From: a virus
Length of the DNA: 64,000 nt
Strand: one strand, 5' to 3'
Virus record (IMG/VR): IMGVR_UViG_3300009695_000004
Location: 1 to 64,000 of that record
The notes beneath the pieces were generated by a model. It made no database searches. It was not told the DNA's origin and was given only the letters and a program-made list of their open reading frames with translations. Below, piece by piece: positions 18,135 through 27,333 of the stretch. Made by a program: the position numbers and the translations under genes. Positions within the stretch are counted from its first letter, which is position 1. Every line of letters starts with the position of its first letter.

Positions 18135-19091
18135 TTACTCCTTTCCTATCATAGAAATAAAATCTTCTTCAGATATAATTGGAACTCCTAAACTCTTAGC
18201 TTTCTGATTTTTGCTTGATGGAGAATTAACGTCATTATTTATAAGATATTCTTCAAATAAATATTTTTGTGGCGCAAATTCTCCAAAATATTTTATTTCC
18301 GCTTTTAATCTAGATGCAATAGCATTTTCCTTATTTTTAAAACTTCCTAAAGTGATACTTTTTTTATTATATTTTATTTGGGAAATCCATTTGTTTTTAA
18401 TATCACTCCAATACACCCCTGTTATTCCGCTTTTATTATTTTTAAATAGATTTCTATTCATGAGATTTTGTTGACGAGTTGATTTACGTAGATTTTCTTT
18501 TTTATTATTTAATGGGTTTTTATCTATGTGGTCTATTTGAAATTTAGTATTAGTATAATTATCAAGTCCTAAAATAACATAATGTAAACTTATAAATCTA
18601 CTACATTCATCAATGTATACCACATACCCATCTTCGTTTAAATGCCATTTATATTTTTTAATTTTATCAATGTCTTCTAAATCGGCTGTTGCCGAAGCTA
18701 TTTTATTAGAATATACATCACGTATAATTATTTCTATAAATTGTTCATTTTCAATGATTTCATTTTTATCATATTTAGTAATTTTTAATACACACTCAAA
18801 TTTATCAAATTGACCTCTATGTTTTGCACACAAATATGTATCTATCTTCTTTACATATGTTACTCTATTATCACCATCACATATATTACATAAGTGTTTA
18901 ACTTTATTGTAGTTATGACTTTTTAATTCTAATAATTTAGACGTTATTAAATGATTATTAATACTTTTTAAATTTCTTAAAATTGTATTTGAAGAACATT
19001 GATATTTTTTCGCTAAAGTTAAACTATTATGTTCAAAAGATAAAAAATCATCTTCCAATTTTTTCAAATCAATAATAATTTTTCTAGACAT
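18135..19091 (-). CDS. HNH (HNH_3) homing endonuclease with AP2 DNA-binding domain
   Basis: HNH motif QIDHIDKNPLNNKKENLRKSTRQQN. AP2 domain SGITGVYWSDIKNKWISQIKYNKKSITLGSF. Abuts the ligase gene. Confidence 0.75.
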   Translation of the reverse strand: MSRKIIIDLKKLEDDFLSFEHNSLTLAKKYQCSSNTILRNLKSINNHLITSKLLELKSHNYNKVKHLCNICDGDNRVTYVKKIDTYLCAKHRGQFDKFECVLKITKYDKNEIIENEQFIEIIIRDVYSNKIASATADLEDIDKIKKYKWHLNEDGYVVYIDECSRFISLHYVILGLDNYTNTKFQIDHIDKNPLNNKKENLRKSTRQQNLMNRNLFKNNKSGITGVYWSDIKNKWISQIKYNKKSITLGSFKNKENAIASRLKAEIKYFGEFAPQKYLFEEYLINNDVNSPSSKNQKAKSLGVPIISEEDFISMIGKE

Positions 19092-21034
19092 TAAATCATA
19101 TCCTTTATAATTTTTAGAAATTCATCTTCATACATAATTTTTACTCCATCTTTTTTTGCTTTATCCTCCTTAGAACTTCCTTTAAGCGAACCGACCACAA
19201 GGATAGATAAACTCTTAGAATATCCTACTGCAAACTCTCCTCCGAGATTCGCAATTATAGATTTTAACTGATCTTTCTTGTATGATGCAAATGTTCCCGT
19301 GCAATATATTTTTTTATCTTTAATTGGATTCTCTGCGATTACCTTAGTCTCCTTAGTTTCAAATTCCAAACATCTTAATAATTCACTGTACATTTCAATA
19401 TTTTCCTCAGTGAGCCATTTATAAATTGAATCGTTCGTTATTTCGCCTATATCTTTTATAGTAGAAAAGTCAAACCAATTTCCTATTGCATCAAATAAAT
19501 CATCTACCGAACCTTTGAAATGATTAGATATATCTTTCGCAGTTCCTTTTCCAACATTTGGTATTCCTAACCCGTATAAGAAATTTTCAAGTTTACATGT
19601 TCTAGAATTGTCAATTGCCTCAATTATTTTATTATAGGACTTTTCTCCAAAGCCTTCTAGCATTATGATGCGATCTTTGTAATATTCCAAATCATATAAA
19701 TCAGGTATAGTTTTTATAAATCCCATATCTATAAATGTTTCTAATATTGCTTCAGATACTCCTAAAATATTCATTGCATCACGACTACAAAAGTGTTCAA
19801 ATTGTGCAATCTTTTTAGAAGGACAATCTGCATTTGTACAGAATAATACTCTGGCAGTTTTTAATAATCTTACCTCAGTTTTATCTCCACAAACAGGGCA
19901 TACTTCTGGAATTTTCTCTGTATTACTTCTAGTTAAATTCCCTGTAATTTTAGGGATCACATCATTAGCTTTAATTAAAGTAACTGTGTCCCCTTGTCCT
20001 AATTGTAGTTCCTCAAAGTAATCTACATTATGTAAAGTGGCTCGTTCAATTTCACTTCCTGAGACATCACATGGTTGGAATATTCCTATAGGGTTGAGTT
20101 GACCCGTCCGAGAAGTTCTCCATTCGGTTGTAATATATTCTGTTTCAGATACTTCATCATAAAATTTAAAAGCAATTGCATTCAGAGGATGATGTGAAGT
20201 CTCACCCAAACTCTTACCATATGCAATATCATTATATTTTAAAACCTCACCATCTATGGGTATGCCTTCTATTGCAGCGATATCTTTCATATCACCAATA
20301 ATTTCCTCATCTATGTCTTCTACAATCTTGTATGGAATTGTTTCAAATCCTTGACTATTCAAAAACTCAAACTGATCCTCAACTGTTTCTAAATCTTTTT
20401 CACAAGTTAGAATATTAAACGCTAAAAAATTAACAAATCTTTCGCTACATATTTTAGAGTCAAGTTGTCTTACTGAACCGGCTACTAGATTCCTGGAGTT
20501 TTTATACTTACCATTTTCTTTATAATTTATAAACTTAAAATCTTTATTATATATAACAGCTTCTCCAGCTAATTTCAAATAGCCTTCATAATTTATCTTC
20601 AAAGGAATATTCTTAAAAGTTCTTACATTATGAGTTATATCCTCGCCAATAGTAGAATTTCCCCTAGTACTACCTTGAATAAGTTCTCCATTATTATAAA
20701 TTAATTCACAGGTGAGGCCGTCACCCTTTAACATAAGAACACATTTTTCTCCTCCGGTAAATCTGTGTAAGTCGTTAACGGATTTAGTTTTATCAAGAGA
20801 TTTTAGTGGAATAGAATGTGTTACCTTCTGGAGTTTTGATATAACTTCATATCCTACATTTTGAGTCGAGCTTTCTGATAATATAAATCCTGTCTCTATT
20901 TCTAATGCCTTCAATTCATCTTGTAGGCGATCAAATTCCTTATCCGTCATTATGATATCACTTGTATTATAGTAAGTGTCACTGGCCTTATTTAGTAGTT
21001 CTGTCAGTTTCCTTATTCTTTCTATTTTATTAAT
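19091..21034 (-). CDS. ligA: NAD-dependent DNA ligase LigA, probable non-ATG (ATT) start
   Basis: KxDG adenylation site MLKGDG, Zn finger CPVCGD...CTNADCPSK, plus HhH and BRCT regions. The reading frame stays open upstream of the track ATG (20950) and encodes INKIERIRKLTELLNKASDTYYNTSDII, which looks like domain Ia. GGAGGAG lies at 21041-21047 and only ATT/ATA codons are available as starts. Confidence 0.8.
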   Translation of the reverse strand: MNKIERIRKLTELLNKASDTYYNTSDIIMTDKEFDRLQDELKALEIETGFILSESSTQNVGYEVISKLQKVTHSIPLKSLDKTKSVNDLHRFTGGEKCVLMLKGDGLTCELIYNNGELIQGSTRGNSTIGEDITHNVRTFKNIPLKINYEGYLKLAGEAVIYNKDFKFINYKENGKYKNSRNLVAGSVRQLDSKICSERFVNFLAFNILTCEKDLETVEDQFEFLNSQGFETIPYKIVEDIDEEIIGDMKDIAAIEGIPIDGEVLKYNDIAYGKSLGETSHHPLNAIAFKFYDEVSETEYITTEWRTSRTGQLNPIGIFQPCDVSGSEIERATLHNVDYFEELQLGQGDTVTLIKANDVIPKITGNLTRSNTEKIPEVCPVCGDKTEVRLLKTARVLFCTNADCPSKKIAQFEHFCSRDAMNILGVSEAILETFIDMGFIKTIPDLYDLEYYKDRIIMLEGFGEKSYNKIIEAIDNSRTCKLENFLYGLGIPNVGKGTAKDISNHFKGSVDDLFDAIGNWFDFSTIKDIGEITNDSIYKWLTEENIEMYSELLRCLEFETKETKVIAENPIKDKKIYCTGTFASYKKDQLKSIIANLGGEFAVGYSKSLSILVVGSLKGSSKEDKAKKDGVKIMYEDEFLKIIKDMI

Positions 21035-21068
21035 AATAATCTCCTCCTTTAAAAATAAGGTTTTATTT

Positions 21069-21087
21069 TACACTGTATTTGAAATGT
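21069..21087 (-). promoter_or_regulatory. phage promoter-like motif (degenerate)
   Basis: Sense strand ACATTTCAAATACAGTGTA, upstream of the ligase RBS. Confidence 0.3.
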
Positions 21088-21090
21088 AAA

Positions 21091-21336
21091 TTAATCAATA
21101 TGTTTTTCAATAGAATTTTTTATTTCCAATAATGAAGCATAAGCAGTTTCTCCTAATTTTTTTATGCTGTATTCATTTCTATCTTTGAAATTTGCGGTTT
21201 CGATTAAATCAACTACCAATTGGAAAACAAGTTCTGTATGTTCATCTAAGTTGTTTGAACGTTTTTCATCAATATCACTATCTCCATATGGTTCTATACT
21301 TCCTATTAATTTTTTAACCACCTCATATATAGTCAT
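21091..21336 (-). CDS. hypothetical protein (81 aa)
   Basis: ORF track, with the start moved to ATG 21336, which follows GAAGGAGG. Confidence 0.5.
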   Translation of the reverse strand: MTIYEVVKKLIGSIEPYGDSDIDEKRSNNLDEHTELVFQLVVDLIETANFKDRNEYSIKKLGETAYASLLEIKNSIEKHID

Positions 21337-21392
21337 ATAAATTACCTCCTTCACCTTAACTTCATATTGTCTATTGCATTAAATCTAAGCTT

Positions 21393-21578
21393 TTAAACTA
21401 TTCTTGATTTTTGTTCTATGATATCTACGCCAACAAACAAATGAACTTTTTCATAATACTGTTTATAATATCTCTGTCTTTCTAAAGAGTATTCAATATC
21501 CTCAGTATCTATCACTTCAAGCATTATAGGAAATCCAGTTTCTAGAGAGCAAATTACATCAACGGTTTGATATTTCAT
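21393..21578 (-). CDS. hypothetical protein (61 aa)
   Basis: ORF track. Confidence 0.45.
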   Translation of the reverse strand: MKYQTVDVICSLETGFPIMLEVIDTEDIEYSLERQRYYKQYYEKVHLFVGVDIIEQKSRIV

Positions 21579-21621
21579 GTTAGTTTCTCCTTTCTATTGA
21601 TATACAATATAGTCATATTAT

Positions 21622-21852
21622 TTATTTAAGTAATTCAATAACATCTTTATATGTTTTAACATCTGTCTTTGTTACTTTTATAATATTACTAAGACCTTCC
21701 ATAATTTCTACTTTATATCCTTTTCCGTATTTACTGATATATATTATTTTACTCCAATCTCCATTTACTATTTTAAAAGAGAATGATTTTTCGCCCCAGT
21801 AATTTTTAGGAGCATATTCACTTTTAAGTAGGAATTGATATATTCTATTCAT
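21622..21852 (-). CDS. hypothetical protein (76 aa)
   Basis: ORF track, with the start moved to ATG 21852, which overlaps the upstream stop (ATGAATAG) after GAGGAAG. Confidence 0.5.
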   Translation of the reverse strand: MNRIYQFLLKSEYAPKNYWGEKSFSFKIVNGDWSKIIYISKYGKGYKVEIMEGLSNIIKVTKTDVKTYKDVIELLK

Positions 21853-22528
21853 GCTTTTCTTCCTCAGTATTATTCTTCCAATCGCAATACTTTTGGCACT
21901 CTTCTTTAGTTTTAAAATATGTATGGTAAGTTTCAACCTTTTCAAACTCTAAGCCATCTTTATATATCATTTTTGCGTAGTTACTGCTATCATATGAATA
22001 ATATTCATCATCTTTACCTTCACGATTGATTCTATACCACGCACTAATCGTTCTATCATCTCTATCAACTTTGAATTCTGTGCAAATATGTTCTTCCGGT
22101 TCATAAACCATTTTACTAGTATTGCATGCACAAGTTTCTTTTATTTTGTTTCCTTGTGGAGAGATGAATTCAATTTCTCTTTTAACATTACACTTGTTAC
22201 ATTTAGGAGATTTAACAGCTATCGTATCGGCTCTATACATTATAACTTCAAAATCTTTCATAAGAGTAGATAATTTTTCTTGCCTTACTGTTCTCATTAG
22301 ATTTTTCTTCTCATTTTCTAACGATCTTTCTCTATCTCTAATTTTACTTTCCATATCTTTCAAAACTTTATTCTCAGCTTTTAAATTTTCATTGTCTCTC
22401 TTAATATTGTCAAGTTGATACTTTACAGATACCAACAAAGCATCTTTCATTTTCTCTATATACTCCATTAAAATATCATCTGCTATACTTGGTTCATAAT
22501 ATGGTTCATCATCGCCTTCATAATACAT
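21845..22528 (-). CDS. hypothetical coiled-coil protein with Cys cluster (227 aa)
   Basis: ORF track. Contains CNKCNVKREIEFISPQGNKIKETCAC. Confidence 0.55.
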   Translation of the reverse strand: MYYEGDDEPYYEPSIADDILMEYIEKMKDALLVSVKYQLDNIKRDNENLKAENKVLKDMESKIRDRERSLENEKKNLMRTVRQEKLSTLMKDFEVIMYRADTIAVKSPKCNKCNVKREIEFISPQGNKIKETCACNTSKMVYEPEEHICTEFKVDRDDRTISAWYRINREGKDDEYYSYDSSNYAKMIYKDGLEFEKVETYHTYFKTKEECQKYCDWKNNTEEEKHE

Positions 22529-22560
22529 ATAATTTCCTCCTTTAATATGATAATTATTTA

Positions 22561-22773
22561 TTATTTTCTCTTTATAAAAAATGTATCTATTGCTTCTTCT
22601 TTGTCAAGCTGGTAAAAATGCTTGTCGCCACCGTTGTTGTATAAACTAAATATTTCTATTAAATAATATTGATTGTCATCTCCGTCCAATGGTGGAACAA
22701 ATATTATCTTCATTCTTACTGTATCAGAACCCCTAGAATGTTTAAATTTATCGCCTATATTATATTTAGACAT
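22561..22773 (-). CDS. hypothetical protein (70 aa)
   Basis: ORF track; GGGAGGAG upstream. Confidence 0.5.
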   Translation of the reverse strand: MSKYNIGDKFKHSRGSDTVRMKIIFVPPLDGDDNQYYLIEIFSLYNNGGDKHFYQLDKEEAIDTFFIKRK

Positions 22774-22801
22774 TTATACTCCTCCCGATAAAATTCTCTT
22801 T

Positions 22802-22954
22802 TTATTTTGCCAGTTCTAGTATTCTTTCTTCAATATTTTTTAAGGATATCAGAGTTTCTTCTTCTACTTCTGTATCGTCTCCGAATAAGTATAAATTAAA
22901 GCAATTCACTTTATATAGTTTTAATAACTGTTTTATTTCTTCAAGCCTTTCCAT
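22802..22954 (-). CDS. hypothetical protein (50 aa)
   Basis: ORF track, with the start moved to ATG 22954, which follows AAGGAGG and lies 1 nt after the upstream stop. Confidence 0.45.
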   Translation of the reverse strand: MERLEEIKQLLKLYKVNCFNLYLFGDDTEVEEETLISLKNIEERILELAK

Positions 22955-22955
22955 A

Positions 22956-23174
22956 TTATGCCTCCTTAACTTTTTTAAGTTCACTAAACCCACACCAGTC
23001 ATTTTGGTCACAATTTTTACAAGAAACTTCTGCACACAATTTATGATCTTCCCTCTGTTTCTTCTCTATTCTCATTCTCTCTGCCCATCTATCAGCTCTC
23101 CCTGCTGCTACACACAGCGAAAATACAGATACCATAGTAATTAATGCAAATATCCCCAATAGTATAATCTTCAT
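22956..23174 (-). CDS. hypothetical membrane protein (72 aa, N-terminal TM)
   Basis: The segment MKIILLGIFALITMVSVFSLCVAAG is hydrophobic; AGGAGGAATATCGAG upstream. Confidence 0.5.
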   Translation of the reverse strand: MKIILLGIFALITMVSVFSLCVAAGRADRWAERMRIEKKQREDHKLCAEVSCKNCDQNDWCGFSELKKVKEA

Positions 23175-23209
23175 CTCGATATTCCTCCTATTTTATATTC
23201 TTATTGTAA

Positions 23210-23374
23210 TTATCCAGATTCTTTTATAACCTGAGAAAACTCAATCCACAACTCACCTTCCTTTTCTATGTTGAATTTACCTGATATCATCATGGCTTTA
23301 TGTATCTCCTTTTCTTTATCTGAGTTGTATTCATAAAACCATGATTTTAAGATACGTACATTTATAAGTTTCAT
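23210..23374 (-). CDS. hypothetical protein (54 aa), not in ORF track
   Basis: ATG at 23374 after GAGGTGA. Reads MKLINVRILKSWFYEYNSDKEKEIHKAMMISGKFNIEKEGELWIEFSQVIKESG. Confidence 0.5.
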   Translation of the reverse strand: MKLINVRILKSWFYEYNSDKEKEIHKAMMISGKFNIEKEGELWIEFSQVIKESG

Positions 23375-23401
23375 TCTGCTCACCTCAATTGTTAGTCTAA
23401 T

Positions 23402-23420
23402 TATATTATATTTGATTTGT
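23402..23420 (-). promoter_or_regulatory. phage promoter-like motif (perfect consensus)
   Basis: Sense strand ACAAATCAAATATAATATA, 27 nt before ATG 23374. Confidence 0.6.
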
Positions 23421-23437
23421 CTTTGGTTGTCAATATA

Positions 23438-23812
23438 TTAATTAATAAATCCTTCATTCCTATAAGCTAGTATCAGGTACTCATATAATATAGCAACATT
23501 TGCTCCCTTATAATAGCCTTCTGACACCATATAACCCACCAATTGCTCAATGGCATCCTGTAGCCTTAGTATGTATTCTTCTGCATCTGTGAGCCTTATT
23601 TCTGTATCAGTTTTAACTACCTCAAAACAAGTCACAGGGTACTGATATGCATTTCCAGAACTATCTATTATTGTATATCTTGGTTCTGTTACTCTTTTAC
23701 CATCAGTTATATACATTAAACATTCTGGTTCAAATTTTATTACCTCATACACTTTCCCTATTTCAATATGCCAGAAATCTCCTTCACAATCATTTATACA
23801 TTTAATTATCAT
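23438..23812 (-). CDS. hypothetical protein (124 aa)
   Basis: ORF track; GGAGGAAAATT upstream. Confidence 0.55.
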   Translation of the reverse strand: MIIKCINDCEGDFWHIEIGKVYEVIKFEPECLMYITDGKRVTEPRYTIIDSSGNAYQYPVTCFEVVKTDTEIRLTDAEEYILRLQDAIEQLVGYMVSEGYYKGANVAILYEYLILAYRNEGFIN

Positions 23813-23850
23813 AATTTTCCTCCAATCTGTATTAGTTTTTATTTATAATC

Positions 23851-23869
23851 TGTATTACTTTTGAATTGT
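23851..23869 (-). promoter_or_regulatory. phage promoter-like motif
   Basis: Sense strand ACAATTCAAAAGTAATACA. Confidence 0.45.
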
Positions 23870-23882
23870 TATTACTATAAAC

Positions 23883-24086
23883 TCAGTTTTTTATTAAACA
23901 ATTATCAATTAAATCATCTAGCACAAAACCACTATTTTTATATTCTTTACAAAGTTCATCATATTCCTTTTGCTCTTCTCCATAAGTAAAAATATTCATA
24001 GCGTGAATCCTAATATTATATATTGCTTCACCTACTGTACTTAATTCACAATTTTTTCCTATTTCTAATGCAGTTTGTAATTTCAT
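23883..24086 (-). CDS. hypothetical protein (67 aa)
   Basis: ORF track; AAGGAGGAAATT upstream. Confidence 0.5.
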   Translation of the reverse strand: MKLQTALEIGKNCELSTVGEAIYNIRIHAMNIFTYGEEQKEYDELCKEYKNSGFVLDDLIDNCLIKN

Positions 24087-24099
24087 AATTTCCTCCTTC

Positions 24100-24261
24100 T
24101 TAATGTGAACTTCTTATTATATCTTGATAAACCTCATCCATTGCTTCATCTTGCTCTTTGTAATATTCCTCTAATATTTCTTTAGCTCTCTCGAATGAAA
24201 TATTATTAAGTTTTGCAAAATCCCTTATATCCTTTACTATATAATCAGAGTCTATTTCCAT
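24100..24261 (-). CDS. hypothetical protein (53 aa), not in ORF track
   Basis: ATG at 24261 after GGAGGGATATATT. Reads MEIDSDYIVKDIRDFAKLNNISFERAKEILEEYYKEQDEAMDEVYQDIIRSSH. Confidence 0.5.
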   Translation of the reverse strand: MEIDSDYIVKDIRDFAKLNNISFERAKEILEEYYKEQDEAMDEVYQDIIRSSH

Positions 24262-24290
24262 AATATATCCCTCCTTTTAAAAAGACTGTT

Positions 24291-24728
24291 TTATTGGATA
24301 ACTCCATCCCATTGATTGAATAGTTCTTTGTTGATCTTAAGTGATTCAGTTTCATATTTCTTTTGCTCTAATTCTTTTTTATGATTAAATTCATATCCTT
24401 CAATACACTCTGAAATAATCTTTACATAGTCATACTTAAAGGTTTCTAAGTCAACTCTAATTGAATCGATTAACTTGTCCCGATGTTTTCCATTTTTCTT
24501 AAATGCTCTTTTATAAAAATTACAGTCAGTTCCTTCATTAAATCTTGTATGATCATAAACTACTTCTGCATAATATTTATTACCCATTTTTGATACCACT
24601 GGAAACTTACTCACGTTATACTTTTTTGATATTTTATTTCTATTTCTACTATCATCTACATTCGCTTCTATAATACCTATCACTCCCAAAATAACAACCG
24701 TTAACATAATAAAACTTAATATATCCAT
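24291..24728 (-). CDS. hypothetical membrane-anchored protein (145 aa)
   Basis: N-terminal TM segment ILSFIMLTVVILGVIGII; GAGGAGGAATGT upstream. Confidence 0.55.
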   Translation of the reverse strand: MDILSFIMLTVVILGVIGIIEANVDDSRNRNKISKKYNVSKFPVVSKMGNKYYAEVVYDHTRFNEGTDCNFYKRAFKKNGKHRDKLIDSIRVDLETFKYDYVKIISECIEGYEFNHKKELEQKKYETESLKINKELFNQWDGVIQ

Positions 24729-24777
24729 AATACATTCCTCCTCTTAATTATTTTATATAAAAATCTTCTTTTATTAG

Positions 24778-25011
24778 TTAACATATTGGTGTTAGGCATG
24801 TTCTACAGTGTGTACTACATCCAATCTCTTCTTGTGCGGGATGTAGAGTAACTGTAAATTCTCCTTTATTTAATAGTTCCCATATACCTTTAAGACTATT
24901 AAATTCTAGGACTAACTTATTTCCATCTCTTGACATATTCATTTCAAATTCCTTGTCCATGATTACTCCAATGCATGTTCTCCTACCACTTACTTTTAAT
25001 ATTGCTTTCAT
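24778..25011 (-). CDS. hypothetical protein (77 aa)
   Basis: ORF track; AAAGGAGGAACTATT upstream. Confidence 0.5.
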   Translation of the reverse strand: MKAILKVSGRRTCIGVIMDKEFEMNMSRDGNKLVLEFNSLKGIWELLNKGEFTVTLHPAQEEIGCSTHCRTCLTPIC

Positions 25012-25026
25012 AATAGTTCCTCCTTT

Positions 25027-25395
25027 CTATATTATATCTTTTAATATTCTTGGTTTGTAGAATGTATTCTTCTTTAAATCCAGTTCTTGAAGTTCTACGT
25101 CAAGTTCCAACTGCTGCAATTGTTTAAGAATGGCAGATATTTTTATGTTTCCCGTTACTTTTTGAATCGTTGTCAGTTCTAACTTGATCCTACTTCTTTC
25201 AATTCTATTATCTTTAATCTTCTTAGCATAGAAATATCCATCTGCGGCGTTAAATTTGGAATTTTCAAGAATATGCAAAATATCTTGCTCTATTAAATCA
25301 CACCTTGATAACTCTTTACTTAATGAATTATATTCTGCATTTACTTCTTGATAAGATGCTATTAGATTTTTTAATATTTGACTTGCCTTACACAT
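25027..25395 (-). CDS. hypothetical coiled-coil protein (122 aa)
   Basis: ORF track, with the start moved to ATG 25395, 8 nt after GGGG(TG). Confidence 0.5.
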   Translation of the reverse strand: MCKASQILKNLIASYQEVNAEYNSLSKELSRCDLIEQDILHILENSKFNAADGYFYAKKIKDNRIERSRIKLELTTIQKVTGNIKISAILKQLQQLELDVELQELDLKKNTFYKPRILKDII

Positions 25396-25420
25396 TACCA
25401 TCACCCCTTTTATATTATAC

Positions 25421-25439
25421 TTTAATTGTAATTTATTAT
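25421..25439 (-). promoter_or_regulatory. phage promoter-like motif
   Basis: Sense strand ACAATTAAAGTATAATATA, 25 nt before ATG 25395. Confidence 0.45.
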
Positions 25440-25487
25440 ATTCGATTAGATGTTGAAACTTTTAGTATATTCTATTAAATCAATAAT

Positions 25488-26081
25488 TTATGCTATATTC
25501 TCAACTACCGCCCTAACAACATTAATATTAAGTAATCCGCAAAGCAAATAATTTATATAACCATCTTGCAATACATTTTCTTTGTCAATTACAATGTATT
25601 TATCAAATTTTTTATTAACTTTATAGTAGTCTAATTTAATTTGAATTTTATCCAAAGAAGGCTGTGTTTCCTTAAATGAATCCTGAATTATTATATCTTT
25701 AACATTAATATAAATTTTTTCTTTATTTAATTCATTACATCTTGTTTGTGCTTCTTCCTTTGTTAAGAACAAATTACTATCTGCTCTATTCAAATGACTA
25801 AATCCACAACAACCTTTATATTTTACAGATATATCCTCGTTGCTATTTATACTGATTTTAGTTGTTGAAATGATAAATGGTTCGTTACAAACTATACTGA
25901 TTTGTTTATTTGATGTAAATTTACCAATTCCCATACATTCTGGACATTTCATATCCTTATCGTTGTATTTGATTGTCTTTTTGCCTTCGCATATCGGACA
26001 CATTTTTTCTATTTTTGTTTGTTTTGTTGTGTAAACAACATCCTCTTTTTGAAATTTTACTGATATTTCTAATATTTTCAT
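25488..26081 (-). CDS. hypothetical protein with DnaJ-type CxxCxGxG zinc finger (197 aa)
   Basis: Contains CPICEGKKT...CPECMGIGKF. Confidence 0.55.
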   Translation of the reverse strand: MKILEISVKFQKEDVVYTTKQTKIEKMCPICEGKKTIKYNDKDMKCPECMGIGKFTSNKQISIVCNEPFIISTTKISINSNEDISVKYKGCCGFSHLNRADSNLFLTKEEAQTRCNELNKEKIYINVKDIIIQDSFKETQPSLDKIQIKLDYYKVNKKFDKYIVIDKENVLQDGYINYLLCGLLNINVVRAVVENIA

Positions 26082-26097
26082 AATTTATCTCTCCATT

Positions 26098-26116
26098 CGT
26101 ATTATATTTGATTTGT
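26098..26116 (-). promoter_or_regulatory. phage promoter-like motif
   Basis: Sense strand ACAAATCAAATATAATACG, 16 nt before ATG 26081. Confidence 0.55.
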
Positions 26117-26862
26117 TAATTTAATTGACTAATATCTAAAGTATCAATAAAGGCATGAACTTTGCTAAAACTAGAAACTGCAATATCTTCCCATTTATAT
26201 ACCATATACTCTTTGAATACTTTATCTTTAGCTTTTATATATGTCTGACTTTTAGCATCAATATTTCTACCATATATTTCACTTAGTTTATCTTTCAAAG
26301 TGCTAGATAAAACTTTTGTATTTCTATCTCTAAATCCTATCATGTCGGCAGTCTGATCTATTTGTAAGTCTTTTGAATTAAGACTATCTTTCACGAACTC
26401 TTCCATTCTGTCTATAGCACCAAACATACCCTGTACAACTTGATTAGTTAGTTGCATACTCTTAGCTAAGTCTAATAAATATACATCTTTACTAGAAATT
26501 CCAGGAGCTACATAACCTCCTGTCTTACGAATTGCTGGAAGAACATCTTCGGTTACCCACTTTCTAAATTCTCTGCCATTTTTTGTTTTAGATTCTAATA
26601 TAAAATCATATAGCATTACTTCATTCAGATACGTTGCACCATCATGTTGCAACCCTGTAATAGCCCCATTCATCATAACTTTGTCAATTCTATCTTCCAT
26701 GATTTGTGTATATTCTCTACCTTTTGAAAGTCTGGTTCTTGTATATCCTAGTGCTGCACCAGTAGAATATAATTCAAATAATATTTCTCCATCTTTTCCT
26801 TGTGCTAGTTTGACATCTTTTCCTTCAAACTTTTTAGCTAGAATTGTTAATCCTGTTTCCAT
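26116..26862 (-). CDS. Bro-N / KilAC-type phage antirepressor
   Basis: Bro-N-like FEGKDVKLAQGKDGEILFELYSTGAALGYTR, and FRKWVTEDVLPAIRKTGGY, which is typical of antirepressor C-terminal regions. Confidence 0.7.
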   Translation of the reverse strand: METGLTILAKKFEGKDVKLAQGKDGEILFELYSTGAALGYTRTRLSKGREYTQIMEDRIDKVMMNGAITGLQHDGATYLNEVMLYDFILESKTKNGREFRKWVTEDVLPAIRKTGGYVAPGISSKDVYLLDLAKSMQLTNQVVQGMFGAIDRMEEFVKDSLNSKDLQIDQTADMIGFRDRNTKVLSSTLKDKLSEIYGRNIDAKSQTYIKAKDKVFKEYMVYKWEDIAVSSFSKVHAFIDTLDISQLN

Positions 26863-26908
26863 AATAATATCAATCTCCTTCGTTTATTATTTTATAATCT
26901 AAATATAC

Positions 26909-26930
26909 TATATTATATTACAATTGTCAA
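26909..26930 (-). promoter_or_regulatory. sigma-A-like promoter with phage motif
   Basis: Sense strand TTGACAATTGTAATATAATATA followed by TATATT at 17-nt spacing from TTGACA. Confidence 0.5.
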
Positions 26931-26949
26931 TATATTCTAAAAATATTAT

Positions 26950-27087
26950 TTATATTTTATGTCTAATCTCAAAGTCAAGTATATCTGTAACTTCATCTAT
27001 ATCGTCAATTTCTTTGTCACCATTCAAGGTTTCGCTTATCCACACTATCATTTCTACATTTGCAAATACTTTTGCTTTATATTTCAT
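26950..27087 (-). CDS. hypothetical protein (45 aa), not in ORF track
   Basis: ATG at 27087 after AAAGGAG. Reads MKYKAKVFANVEMIVWISETLNGDKEIDDIDEVTDILDFEIRHKI. Confidence 0.45.
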   Translation of the reverse strand: MKYKAKVFANVEMIVWISETLNGDKEIDDIDEVTDILDFEIRHKI

Positions 27088-27119
27088 TATATACTCCTTT
27101 CATTATTAAAATCTTAATT

Positions 27120-27257
27120 CTATTCAATTCCATACTTATTTAAGATTGTTGCTATTTCTTCTTGTCTTCTGCAACCACGACAACCATAGTTTTCTCCATC
27201 ACAATCTTGACAAATAATAGCTAATAATTCTTGTATTAATTTTTCAATATTTTCCAT
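27120..27257 (-). CDS. hypothetical Cys-rich protein (45 aa), not in ORF track
   Basis: ATG at 27257 after AAAGGTGA. Reads MENIEKLIQELLAIICQDCDGENYGCRGCRRQEEIATILNKYGIE. Confidence 0.45.
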   Translation of the reverse strand: MENIEKLIQELLAIICQDCDGENYGCRGCRRQEEIATILNKYGIE

Positions 27258-27310
27258 CTACAGATTCACCTTTCCTTATAAAATGATTGTTTTAAAATCT
27301 AGTTATATTT

Positions 27311-27329
27311 TATTATATATTTGAATTGT
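27311..27329 (-). promoter_or_regulatory. phage promoter-like motif
   Basis: Sense strand ACAATTCAAATATATAATA. Confidence 0.5.
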
Positions 27330-27333
27330 GCAA

